Shown here: positions 16,876-25,147 of the stretch, piece after piece
Layout: the number at the start of each line of letters is the position of its first letter
Position numbering within the stretch: the first letter of the stretch is position 1
Position numbers and translations under genes: made by a program
Assembly (NCBI GenBank): GCA_007120085.1
Contig: SKOK01000019.1
Span: forward strand, 1-44,057
Source: Bacteroidales bacterium
GTDB lineage: Bacteria; Bacteroidota; Bacteroidia; Bacteroidales; UBA7960
Length of the DNA: 44,057 nucleotides
Reading direction: 5' to 3'
Notes under the pieces: generated by a model
What the model was told of the DNA's origin: nothing
The model's input: the letters and a program-made list of their open reading frames with translations, nothing else
Database searches by the model: none

Positions 16876-19101
16876 ATGGTCAAGACACTTGCAATCCTTT
16901 CTCTTTTATTCCTTAGCCTGGCAGGCAGTCCTTTGTCTGCACAGGAAGAAGTGGTCATAACAAACCGCTCAACAACAATACAATACATTGACGGGGAGCA
17001 ATTCTATTTTCACGCGGTGCTCCAGGGGCAAACGTTGTATTCCATTGCCAGGGCTTACGAGGTAAGCCAGGAAGACATACTGCTCGAAAATCCTGACATT
17101 CGTGATGGGCTTCGCTATAACCAGATCATACGCATCCCCGTGAGGGAAGAAACTGAAAAAACCCAAGAGGTGCTGAGTGAAGATCCGCCAACGGATGAAG
17201 GATTTGTAACTCACAGGGTCAGGCGCAGGGAAACGCTCTTTGGCTTATCCAGGCAATATGATGTAAGTATTGATGACATTTTACATTACAATCCCGAAAC
17301 CAGGGAAGGACTGAAGATCGGTCAGCTGTTGCGGATTCCGGTTGTTGCTGACTACCAAGAAACTGATGAAAGCACGTTTGCCGTCGTTGATCCCATCGCA
17401 GACGATGCAAGCGAGCAACCGGATGCTGGCGACACTGATGCTGGTCAGAATGCTGATGCAGAGATGGATTATCTCATCTATGACGTAGTCGCCGGAGATA
17501 CACGATTTGGCATTTCGAGGAAATTTGGGGTCAGCATTGAAGCATTGGATGCGCTAAATCCCGGAATCGCTGAAGGTCTTAATGCAGGACAGCAGATCAT
17601 AATACCCTCCGGTACCAGCTTCGGTTTAGTTACCCCTGCAGAAGCGGAACGGCCATACATATCAATAAGCAGGCCTGTCGAGCCGCAAGAAGCAGCATTG
17701 ACAGACGAATATTGCTTCAGCCCGGAGCTAAAGGATGAATACAAGGTCGCCTTGCTCATTCCGTTTTATCTTGAGGAATTGATCGCAGAGGCTGACAGTC
17801 TGAATGATGAGCCCGGAGATTTGCTTCCCGGGCATGACCATGAAAACCTTCTTTCTGATCCTGTGCGGATGGCTGAATTGCGCAACAATTGGCTGAAAGA
17901 CATTGGTCCTGACCACCCATCATTTACTTTCATCAACTATTATCACGGTGTGTTGCTGGCACTTGACTCCATAAGGCAGCAGGGGGTTAATATAAGGCTT
18001 GTCGTTGAAGATGTATGTCAGGATGTTCGGAAAGCACAGAAGGTAACTGAAGCCCCGGAGTTTTTAGATACTGACCTTATCATTGGACCTTTTCACAGGC
18101 AATCTCTGGATTACGTTGCTGGTTACGGTTACCGGCACGGCATCCCTGTCGTATCACCATTGCTGCCCGATAACCGGCAGCTCAGGGGGTTTCCTGGCCT
18201 GATCAAGGCAACACCTTCGCTGGAGACAATGCTTGACGGGGTGGCAAATTATGTCTCACAAACCTATCCGCAGCAGAACATTATCATCGTGCACAACCAG
18301 CAGCCTGGCGCAGCTCCTGTTATCAAGGCCTTCCAGGATACATTGCTTGCCAACCTGGCAATCAGTAATTACGTTTATGACAACGTAAATATGTTACGCG
18401 TCAATGGATATTACTTCAATGGTACATATGTTGGAGGCCGCCGCACCAATGTTCCGGTAATGATTGATACCGTCTCCGTAATGGTGCCGGTTACAGGTAT
18501 TGAAGAGCAGACGATCAGTGTGCCGAAGCCATACAATGTCCAGGAAATGATCTACCGTTATGAAGGGATGCCCGGACTGAAAAAACTTTTGCGAAAGGAT
18601 CGCCAGAACATCCTGATCACGCTCATTAGCGGCGAGCCTTTCTTGTCGGATTACCTGCGACAATTGCACGCCTTTCGCCGTGATTATGACATCAGCATAT
18701 TTGGCATTCCTGAATGGCAGGATTATAGAAGCATAGAGATAGACTACCTGCAAAATCTGAAGGTACACTTTTTTGTGCCTGATTTTTATGATTATGGCGA
18801 CCCACACATCAGGGATCTTGTTTTGCGCTACAGGAAGATGTTTCTGACAGAGCCTACTAATGAAGCCATCAAAGCAGCCCAAACAGCTTATTTCTTTTTT
18901 AATGCACTTGCCTATTTTGGTACAGAGTTTCAAAGATGTTTTGATCTTTTAAACCATGATGCCATTGACAACCCTTACCATTTTCATCAGCCTTTTGGAG
19001 CTGCAAACGGCTGGGAAAACAAGCATTTTTATATTTATCGCATTGAAAATTACAGGAGGGTGGATATGAACAGGCCAGTCAAAATTAGCGATTTTCAATA
19101 G
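16876..19101 (+). CDS. Secreted protein with three LysM repeats and a C-terminal type-1 periplasmic-binding-protein-like domain
   Basis: Signal peptide ...LAGSPLSAQ. The three LysM units are HAVLQGQTLYSIARAYEV...IIRIPV, HRVRRRETLFGLSRQYDV...LLRIPV and YDVVAGDTRFGISRKFGV...IIIPS. An acidic linker and a roughly 450-aa PBP-like region follow. Confidence 0.7.
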   Translation: MVKTLAILSLLFLSLAGSPLSAQEEVVITNRSTTIQYIDGEQFYFHAVLQGQTLYSIARAYEVSQEDILLENPDIRDGLRYNQIIRIPVREETEKTQEVLSEDPPTDEGFVTHRVRRRETLFGLSRQYDVSIDDILHYNPETREGLKIGQLLRIPVVADYQETDESTFAVVDPIADDASEQPDAGDTDAGQNADAEMDYLIYDVVAGDTRFGISRKFGVSIEALDALNPGIAEGLNAGQQIIIPSGTSFGLVTPAEAERPYISISRPVEPQEAALTDEYCFSPELKDEYKVALLIPFYLEELIAEADSLNDEPGDLLPGHDHENLLSDPVRMAELRNNWLKDIGPDHPSFTFINYYHGVLLALDSIRQQGVNIRLVVEDVCQDVRKAQKVTEAPEFLDTDLIIGPFHRQSLDYVAGYGYRHGIPVVSPLLPDNRQLRGFPGLIKATPSLETMLDGVANYVSQTYPQQNIIIVHNQQPGAAPVIKAFQDTLLANLAISNYVYDNVNMLRVNGYYFNGTYVGGRRTNVPVMIDTVSVMVPVTGIEEQTISVPKPYNVQEMIYRYEGMPGLKKLLRKDRQNILITLISGEPFLSDYLRQLHAFRRDYDISIFGIPEWQDYRSIEIDYLQNLKVHFFVPDFYDYGDPHIRDLVLRYRKMFLTEPTNEAIKAAQTAYFFFNALAYFGTEFQRCFDLLNHDAIDNPYHFHQPFGAANGWENKHFYIYRIENYRRVDMNRPVKISDFQ

Positions 19102-19115
19102 GTGCTCTCAAGCGC

Positions 19116-19796
19116 TTAACGCAGATCAACTACTTCGATGCCTGGATGCTTCCCAGGATCAAATGTGAAAATTCCTTCAGGTATTTCCGGATTAACCTCT
19201 GTTGATGTGATATGATATGTGTAGGTGTTGCCTTGCAAGTCGAATGCACTGATATATTTTAAAAAACCAGTACTTTCCTCAACTGCAATCCGGTATTTTT
19301 GAAAGGATAATGGTTCAATATATACCATGTCAATTATATGTACATCCTGATCGTCTTCACTTTCCTTTCTGATCCATAACGGATTGAATGTTTCTGTGAA
19401 GTTTTCGAGCAGCGTTCTGGGGGTAATCACCGTTTCCGAATCTTCGAGCATGCTGATGTGCACTTCGTTCACTGATTCAAGATATGTCCATGCAAGGGTA
19501 CCATCAGAGAGGAAATGGTTGGTTCCGGATTTGATATAGAACTTATCTTCTTTTACAAACATAAAGCCATCCATTTCCTCATCGATGTCAAAAAAGGCTT
19601 CCGCCGCAGAGAAAGTGAAATTGATCAGCAGTGCGTCATGCGTGTTGAGTTTATTTCGGGCTTCATTTAGAATGTCGATGGCTTTTTCTTCGTAATGGGA
19701 TCGCTCATTGTATTCCTGAGCATATCCGGGCTGAAGAGCGCAGATGAGAAAAAATATGGTTACCAGGTATAACATGTGACTTATTTTTCTATTCAC
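19116..19796 (-). CDS. LolA-like outer-membrane lipoprotein carrier family protein
   Basis: 226 aa with a signal peptide (...LICALQPGYAQ) and the pattern ...FVKEDKFYIKSG...LSDGTLAWTYLESVNEVHI. It sits directly downstream of ftsK, as in other Bacteroidota. The GTG start at 19796 overlaps ftsK by 8 nt; an alternative ATG is at 19775. Confidence 0.6.
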   Translation of the reverse strand: MNRKISHMLYLVTIFFLICALQPGYAQEYNERSHYEEKAIDILNEARNKLNTHDALLINFTFSAAEAFFDIDEEMDGFMFVKEDKFYIKSGTNHFLSDGTLAWTYLESVNEVHISMLEDSETVITPRTLLENFTETFNPLWIRKESEDDQDVHIIDMVYIEPLSFQKYRIAVEESTGFLKYISAFDLQGNTYTYHITSTEVNPEIPEGIFTFDPGKHPGIEVVDLR

Positions 19797-22299
19797 CTCG
19801 CAAAATCTGTTCCAAACTGACTTCGTCTTTAATTCTTACTTCTCTGGCTTTGCTCCCTTCGAATGGTCCGACGATGCCAGCTGCCTCGAGCTGGTCGATG
19901 ATTCTTCCGGCGCGGTTGTAGCCCAGTTTGAGTTTTCTCTGGATGAGGGATGTGGACCCTTGTTGGGCAGCTACTATGACGCGCGCGGCATCTTCAAACA
20001 GTTCATCTCTTTCGGACGGGTCAAGTGCATCGGCTGCAGAGGATTCATCTTCAAGATACTCGGGGAGGTGGAAGGCGTCGGGGTAAGCCCTTTGTGATCC
20101 GATGAATTCGGTGATGCGTTCAATTTCAGGCGTGTCGATAAATGCGCACTGCAGCCGCAGGAGGTCACTGCCGGTTGAAAGCAACATATCACCGCGTCCA
20201 ATGAGTTGGTCTGCTCCACCTGTGTCAAGGATTGTTCGTGAGTCCACTTTGGCTGTCACCCTGAAGGCAATTCGCGCAGGGAAGTTTGCCTTGATGGTGC
20301 CTGTGATGATATTGACGGATGGTCGCTGAGTGGCAATCACCAGGTGTATGCCGACAGCCCTGGCGAGCTGTGCAAGCCGCGCAATGGGCAGCTCAATCTC
20401 TTTGCCGGCCGTCATGATGAGGTCTGCAAACTCGTCAATGAATAAAACGATGTATGGCAGAAAGCGATGGCCGTGGTTTGGATTTAGCCGGCGTGCAACA
20501 AACTTGACATTGTACTCCTTGATGTTGCGTGCCTGGGCATCCTTAAGCAGGTCATAGCGGTTATCCATCTCCACACACAGCGAGTTGATGGTGCGGATCA
20601 CTTCGCGTGTCTCCGTTACTATGGCCTCTTCTGCATCAGGCAGTTTGGCTAAATAGTGCCTTTCAATTTTGGAAAACAGGTTGAGCTCCACCTTTTTGGG
20701 GTCAATCAAAACGAACTTTACATATGCCGGATGTTTTTTGTAAAGGATGGACGTTAGTATGGCGTTCAGGCCAACCGACTTACCCTGGCCTGTGGCCCCT
20801 GCCATCAAAAGGTGGGGCATTTTGGTGAGATCGGCAATGAAGGTTTCGTTGGCGATGGTTTTTCCCAATCCAATGGGCAGTTCAAATGATGAGTTCCTGA
20901 ATCTTTCACTGGCCAGAACAGATCGCATGGACACGATCTCAGGGTTGCTGTTTGGAACCTCGATACCGATGGTGCCACGCCCGGGAATGGGTGCTATAAT
21001 GCGTATGCCGAGCGCCGAAAGGCTCAGTGCAATGTCGTTTTCAAGGTTTTTGATCTTCGATATGCGCACACCGGGAGCAGGAACAATCTCATACAAGGTA
21101 ACTGTAGGTCCAACCGTAGCTTTTATCCTGTCAATGTCAATCGCATAGTTCTTGAGGGTATCAATAATCCTGTTTTTGTTGCTGTCGAGTTCTTCTTTAT
21201 TGATCTGGATACGTCCACTGCCGCGGTCATCAAGCAAGGACAACTCCGGTATGCGATAATGTGGCAAGTCAAGTGTAGGATCATATTCTCCAAGGTGCGA
21301 CAAGTCAGGCATATCCGGGTTGTCGTTCGAAAATGGAGTGTCAATGGCCTGGTAGTCACTACCCGTAACCTTTTCTTTGCCCACCTCTATTTCCCACTCA
21401 GGCTCTTCGCCGGGCTCTTTCTTTTCCCGTGCATCCGTTTCCGGGTTCAGAACAATTTGATTATTTCCATCCTCCTCAGAGATATCCGCATCTGTTTCCG
21501 CCTGCTTAAACTGATTATCCTCCAGGTCTTCACCCGGATCATCTTCACTGTCATTGATGATAGTGTCTCTCTCTTGCATCTCCAACGAATCTTTCTCTTC
21601 TTCAAGACTATCCGCTGTTTTTTCAGTCTTAAGAAGACGAGAAAACAATGCGGCGATGGCCTGGAAGTTCGGATCAAAAACAAAGATGATAAATGCGCCG
21701 ATCGTAAACAAAAGTAAGATAGCCGTCCCTGCCACTCCCAGCAAACCATTTAACCAGAGGGTGCTGTTGTATCCGAAAAAACCACCAAGTATTGTAACGG
21801 TTTCATCTGAGGATATGATAAAGCCGAAAAACATGGATACCCACAGGATGAAAAAAAGTGAATATGCCAGTATGCGACTGAAAGAAAATATCTTTTGGCC
21901 TGCAAGCAGGCGGAGCCCAAGCGAAAAAAAGATAATTACAAAAAAGAAGGAAGAAATCCCAAACCCCATTTTTATAAAGAAATGGGCAACAATTGCACCG
22001 GCTCTGCCCATTATATTATCGACCGTGATGCTGCTGTCTGTGAGGAATTCCCAATTGACGGCCTGGCTGTCAACCAAATGGTCATAGCTCTTCCATGTAA
22101 ACAGGTAGGAGATGAAAGCCATGAGCAGAAAAATGGACAGCAAGGCAAAAAAAAGCCCCAGGGCTTTTTTTAGGCGCTCGTTTTTCACGAAACTGGTCAC
22201 AGAGGTCCATTTTAATTGCGACGTTTTCTCCTTGCCGGGTTTGTTTTCCGGCTTGGGCCTTGCTGTGTTTTTTTTCAATTTATTTGACTTGACGGGCAT
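19789..22299 (-). CDS. ftsK: DNA translocase FtsK/SpoIIIE
   Basis: 836 aa with N-terminal TM helices, an acidic linker, Walker A GATGQGKSVGLN and Walker B LFIDEFADL. The C-terminal gamma wHTH reads STSLIQRKLKLGYNRAGRIIDQLE. Confidence 0.92.
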   Translation of the reverse strand: MPVKSNKLKKNTARPKPENKPGKEKTSQLKWTSVTSFVKNERLKKALGLFFALLSIFLLMAFISYLFTWKSYDHLVDSQAVNWEFLTDSSITVDNIMGRAGAIVAHFFIKMGFGISSFFFVIIFFSLGLRLLAGQKIFSFSRILAYSLFFILWVSMFFGFIISSDETVTILGGFFGYNSTLWLNGLLGVAGTAILLLFTIGAFIIFVFDPNFQAIAALFSRLLKTEKTADSLEEEKDSLEMQERDTIINDSEDDPGEDLEDNQFKQAETDADISEEDGNNQIVLNPETDAREKKEPGEEPEWEIEVGKEKVTGSDYQAIDTPFSNDNPDMPDLSHLGEYDPTLDLPHYRIPELSLLDDRGSGRIQINKEELDSNKNRIIDTLKNYAIDIDRIKATVGPTVTLYEIVPAPGVRISKIKNLENDIALSLSALGIRIIAPIPGRGTIGIEVPNSNPEIVSMRSVLASERFRNSSFELPIGLGKTIANETFIADLTKMPHLLMAGATGQGKSVGLNAILTSILYKKHPAYVKFVLIDPKKVELNLFSKIERHYLAKLPDAEEAIVTETREVIRTINSLCVEMDNRYDLLKDAQARNIKEYNVKFVARRLNPNHGHRFLPYIVLFIDEFADLIMTAGKEIELPIARLAQLARAVGIHLVIATQRPSVNIITGTIKANFPARIAFRVTAKVDSRTILDTGGADQLIGRGDMLLSTGSDLLRLQCAFIDTPEIERITEFIGSQRAYPDAFHLPEYLEDESSAADALDPSERDELFEDAARVIVAAQQGSTSLIQRKLKLGYNRAGRIIDQLEAAGIVGPFEGSKAREVRIKDEVSLEQILRGE

Positions 22300-22351
22300 C
22301 CGGATGGCGTTAGGGGTTTACAAACTTACAAAATTAAGAAAAAAGCCGGCA

Positions 22352-23749
22352 CTAAAAGCCCAGTGTTTTGAGCATCGACTTATAGCTTTGTTCTTTTGCG
22401 AAAAGCTTGGTGCTGTACTCACCCTCGTCATCCTTGTCAATGATCACAAGTTTTGGTGCCGGGATCAGGCAGTGCTGCAGACCGCCAAAGCCACCAAGTG
22501 TTTCCTGGTATGCGCCAGTATGAAACATTCCAATGTATTGGGTGACATCTTTGCGGATCTTAGGTAAGAACACAGCATTTGAGTGTGCTTCAGCATTATA
22601 GTAATCCTGGCTGTCGCAGGTCAGCCCACCAAGGTTAACCCTTTGATATTCGAAATCCCAATTGTTGAGGGCTAGCAGTATGAATCGTTGTTTGCTTGCC
22701 CATATATCAGGTAGCGTGGTCATGAAACTGCTGTCAATCATATTCCATAACTCCCTGTCGTTTTGTTGCTTTTGATCAAGAATGGAATACAATACCGCAC
22801 CGCTCTCACCAACGGTAAAAGCTCCAAACTCGGTGAAGATGTCGGGCTCCGGCACATCATGCTGGTTGCAGATCATCTTTACCTGGGCGATGATCTCTTC
22901 GGTCATATATTCATAGTCGTATTCAAACCCCAGGGAGTTTTTGATGGGAAACCCTCCGCCAATGTTCAGGCTGTCAAGCTCCGGACAAATCTTTTTAAGA
23001 TCACAATACACATTCACGCACTTGGAAAGCTCATTCCAGTAATATGCATTGTCCTTGATGCCGGTATTGATAAAAAAATGCAGCATCTTGAGTTCAAAGC
23101 GGCTGTCGTTTTTGATGTTGGCCTTGTAATATGGTACAATGTCGTTGTAACGTATGCCCAATCTTGAAGTATAGAACTCAAACATTGGCTCTTCTTCGGA
23201 GGCAATGCGTATGCCCAGCTTGCATTTGCGGTCTTTTCGTATCAATTCATCATACACCCTGATCTCTTCTTTGTTGTCGAGTACTGGTATGGTATTCTCA
23301 AAACCATTGTTAATGAGGTCACTTACCTTTTCCATGTAGAGAGGTCGCTTAAACCCGTTGCACACAATGTAGCGTGACTTGTCGATCAAGCCAATGTTGA
23401 GCAGTTCTTCCACGATGAAGATATCAAAAGCAGATGATGTTTCTATGTGAATATCGTTCTTAAGTGCTTCTTCAAGCACAAAAGAAAAATGGGAGCTCTT
23501 GGTGCAGTAACAATAATGGTATTCGCCGTTGTAATCCACCCTGGCCATCGCCACGTTAAACATCCTTTTGGCTTTTTGTATCTGCTGGCTGATCTTTGGC
23601 AGGTAGCTTATTTTTAGCGGTGTGCCATACTGCTTTACCAAGTCCATCGTGCAAATGTCGTGGAAGTATAGCTCATTGTCAATCACCTTAAACTCCTCCT
23701 GCGGAAAGTCAAAAGTTTGTTCGATCAGGTCGATGTATTTGTTCTTCAT
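22352..23749 (-). CDS. Type III (alanine-racemase-fold) PLP-dependent decarboxylase, arginine-decarboxylase-like
   Basis: 465 aa. The N-terminus (IDLIEQTFDFPQEEF...YGTPLKISYLPKI...YCYCTKSSHF...IHIETSSAFD) resembles the short arginine decarboxylases annotated in Flavobacteriia/Bacteroidia. Substrate not verifiable here. Confidence 0.65.
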   Translation of the reverse strand: MKNKYIDLIEQTFDFPQEEFKVIDNELYFHDICTMDLVKQYGTPLKISYLPKISQQIQKAKRMFNVAMARVDYNGEYHYCYCTKSSHFSFVLEEALKNDIHIETSSAFDIFIVEELLNIGLIDKSRYIVCNGFKRPLYMEKVSDLINNGFENTIPVLDNKEEIRVYDELIRKDRKCKLGIRIASEEEPMFEFYTSRLGIRYNDIVPYYKANIKNDSRFELKMLHFFINTGIKDNAYYWNELSKCVNVYCDLKKICPELDSLNIGGGFPIKNSLGFEYDYEYMTEEIIAQVKMICNQHDVPEPDIFTEFGAFTVGESGAVLYSILDQKQQNDRELWNMIDSSFMTTLPDIWASKQRFILLALNNWDFEYQRVNLGGLTCDSQDYYNAEAHSNAVFLPKIRKDVTQYIGMFHTGAYQETLGGFGGLQHCLIPAPKLVIIDKDDEGEYSTKLFAKEQSYKSMLKTLGF

Positions 23750-23770
23750 GTGTTAATTTTCAGTTTTTTT

Positions 23771-23868
23771 GATGGTTATGGGTTCATGGTTTTGGGTTCA
23801 TGGTTCATGGTTCATGGTTCACAGTTTGGAGTTTCAAATTTCTAATTTCTGGTTTATGGTTCGGAGGC
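23771..23868 (+). repeat. Period-7 tandem array, 14 units (consensus CATGGTT)
   Basis: Direct reading gives GATGGTT ATGGGTT CATGGTT TTGGGTT (CATGGTT)x3 CACAGTT TGGAGTT TCAAATT TCTAATT TCTGGTT TATGGTT CGGAGGC. Thirteen of 14 units end in TT. It starts 22 nt from the start codon of the decarboxylase gene on the opposite strand. Confidence 0.9.
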
Positions 23869-23872
23869 CCCT

Positions 23873-23949
23873 GTCATTAGTAGTAGCGCCAGCGAAGAAT
23901 CTCCCAGCCAAACAGATCCTTCATTCCGCTACGCTCCATTACTAATGAC
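23873..23949. repeat. 77-nt imperfect hairpin / inverted repeat
   Basis: GTCATTAGTA (23873-82) pairs with TACTAATGAC (23940-49). GTAGCG pairs with CGCTAC. GAAGAATCT pairs with AGATCCTTC with one mismatch. Confidence 0.75.
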
Positions 23950-24050
23950 ATCTTTGCGAGCTTTGCGTGAGAACCTTTTGCGGCCTTTGCGTGGAATTTT
24001 TTGTTCCTCGCAAAGAACGCAAAGATAAAAACACGCAAAGCACGCAAAAA
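23950..24050. repeat. Mirror-symmetric array of four TTTGCG boxes facing four CGCAAA boxes (about 100-nt extended imperfect hairpin)
   Basis: TTTGCG occurs at 23953, 23962, 23977 and 23986 (spacings 9/15/9). CGCAAA occurs at 24009, 24018, 24034 and 24043 (spacings 9/16/9). CTTTGCGTG (23961-69) is the exact complement of CACGCAAAG (24032-40). Confidence 0.8.
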
Positions 24051-24133
24051 ATAAACAAGAACATATATGTCATTCACGTATTGTGGCCACCGCATTTGCT
24101 CGGGGGCTTCCCACTCAGGATGACAAAGAAACA

Positions 24134-24189
24134 CTTCAACAATTAAACCTTCTACCTTCTACCTTCTACCTTCATCCAACAACCAGGTA
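24134..24189 (-). repeat. Period-7 tandem array in the opposite orientation to 23771-23868
   Basis: The plus strand reads CTTCAAC AATTAAA (CCTTCTA)x3 CCTTCAT CCAACAA CCAGGTA. The minus strand contains CTGGTTGTTGG, an 11-mer also present in the array at 91-148. Confidence 0.8.
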
Positions 24190-24232
24190 ATAAATAAATC
24201 ATGTTTTTCTCCAAATGCATTAAACCAATTGA

Positions 24233-24262
24233 TCCGGATTCACTCTAATAAACGAATCCGGA
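24233..24262. repeat. Hairpin with a 9-bp perfect stem, TCCGGATTC / GAATCCGGA, and a 12-nt loop
   Basis: Direct reading, in the region upstream of the GLPGLI gene. Confidence 0.6.
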
Positions 24263-24340
24263 ATGCTTACATTGCGCTTTACGGTCAACAAAAATAAGAC
24301 AATTGATGTTAAATACTAAATGCAAACTGTATAAAAAAGA

Positions 24341-24348
24341 TAGATTTG
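24341..24348 (+). promoter_or_regulatory. Candidate -7 box TAGATTTG for the GLPGLI/OMP gene pair
   Basis: Matches TAnnTTTG, 47 nt upstream of ATG 24395. No convincing -33 element. Confidence 0.3.
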
Positions 24349-24394
24349 CGAAATATTTAACCGAAAGAACAACTTTTATCAGCGATTTGGATAT

Positions 24395-25126
24395 ATGAAA
24401 TCAATAAATGTATTGTTATCAGCGTGTTTGATGCTTTTGGGCGTTTCTCTGGATGCACAAACCCAGGCAGGCATTATCGAATATGAGTTCACCATGGACC
24501 TTCATCGCAACATTCCTCCGGAGCGCGAGGCCTGGCGAGCCATGATACCACAGTTCAGGGAGACCAAGCATCAGCTTCTGTTTAATGCGAATGCAAGCTT
24601 TTATACCGAAATAGTTGATGAAGAAAGTGAGTTTGAGAGGTCAGGGCCGGGACGTGGTATGCGCATGATGGGCATGGCCGGTGCAGAAACCTTTGTGGAT
24701 CGTGATGCCAGGGAGATCATTGTGCAACAGGATTTGATTGGAACAACTTACCTTATTTCAGAACCATTGTCGCTTGGCCCGTGGCGGATGGGAGACGAGA
24801 TACTCGAAATAGCCGGTTACGACTGCATGATGGCCTGGAAAATTGATACAGTTCTCAACCAGGAGATCACTGCGTGGTTTACGATGGGTTTGCCATCTTT
24901 TCTTGGGCCTGAAAGATATGTCGATCTGCCTGGTACAGTGCTGGCAGTTGACATCAACAACGGTGAACGCGTGTGGGTTGCCCGTAATGTAATCCTGGAA
25001 GAACCCGACGCATCTCTGATAAAGCAACCAACAAGAGGTCAGAAACTTACACGCGATGAGTTTAATGAAATAGTGCGTGAACAAATGGAAAGGATGAACC
25101 GGCAAGGCAGGCAATTTCGTTTTTAA
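24395..25126 (+). CDS. GLPGLI-family protein (Bacteroidota-specific, function unknown)
   Basis: 243 aa with a signal peptide (...GVSLDAQ). The family-type motif appears near the C-terminal third (YVDLPGTVLAVD). It is positioned immediately upstream of a CarboxypepD_reg/beta-barrel OMP, which is the usual partner. Confidence 0.6.
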   Translation: MKSINVLLSACLMLLGVSLDAQTQAGIIEYEFTMDLHRNIPPEREAWRAMIPQFRETKHQLLFNANASFYTEIVDEESEFERSGPGRGMRMMGMAGAETFVDRDAREIIVQQDLIGTTYLISEPLSLGPWRMGDEILEIAGYDCMMAWKIDTVLNQEITAWFTMGLPSFLGPERYVDLPGTVLAVDINNGERVWVARNVILEEPDASLIKQPTRGQKLTRDEFNEIVREQMERMNRQGRQFRF

Positions 25127-25147
25127 AAACAATAACATTAATATCAT

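Noticed and set aside
22300-22351. Possible terminator after the decarboxylase gene (GCCGGC followed by a T-run on the minus strand)
   Set aside because: The stem is at most 3-4 bp, which is not convincing as an intrinsic terminator.
23771-23868. Whether the heptamer arrays could be a CRISPR array
   Set aside because: The period is only 7 nt, with no unique spacers between the units, and no cas genes are present. They are simple tandem repeats, not CRISPR.
23877-24134. 85-aa ORF on the minus strand inside the repeat-rich intergenic region
   Set aside because: Its sequence is built from the arms of the two long hairpins (the TTTGCG/CGCAAA boxes translate to ...FAFFARNKKFHAKAAKGSHAKLAK...). 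It has no recognisable family and is most likely an artefact of the inverted repeats.
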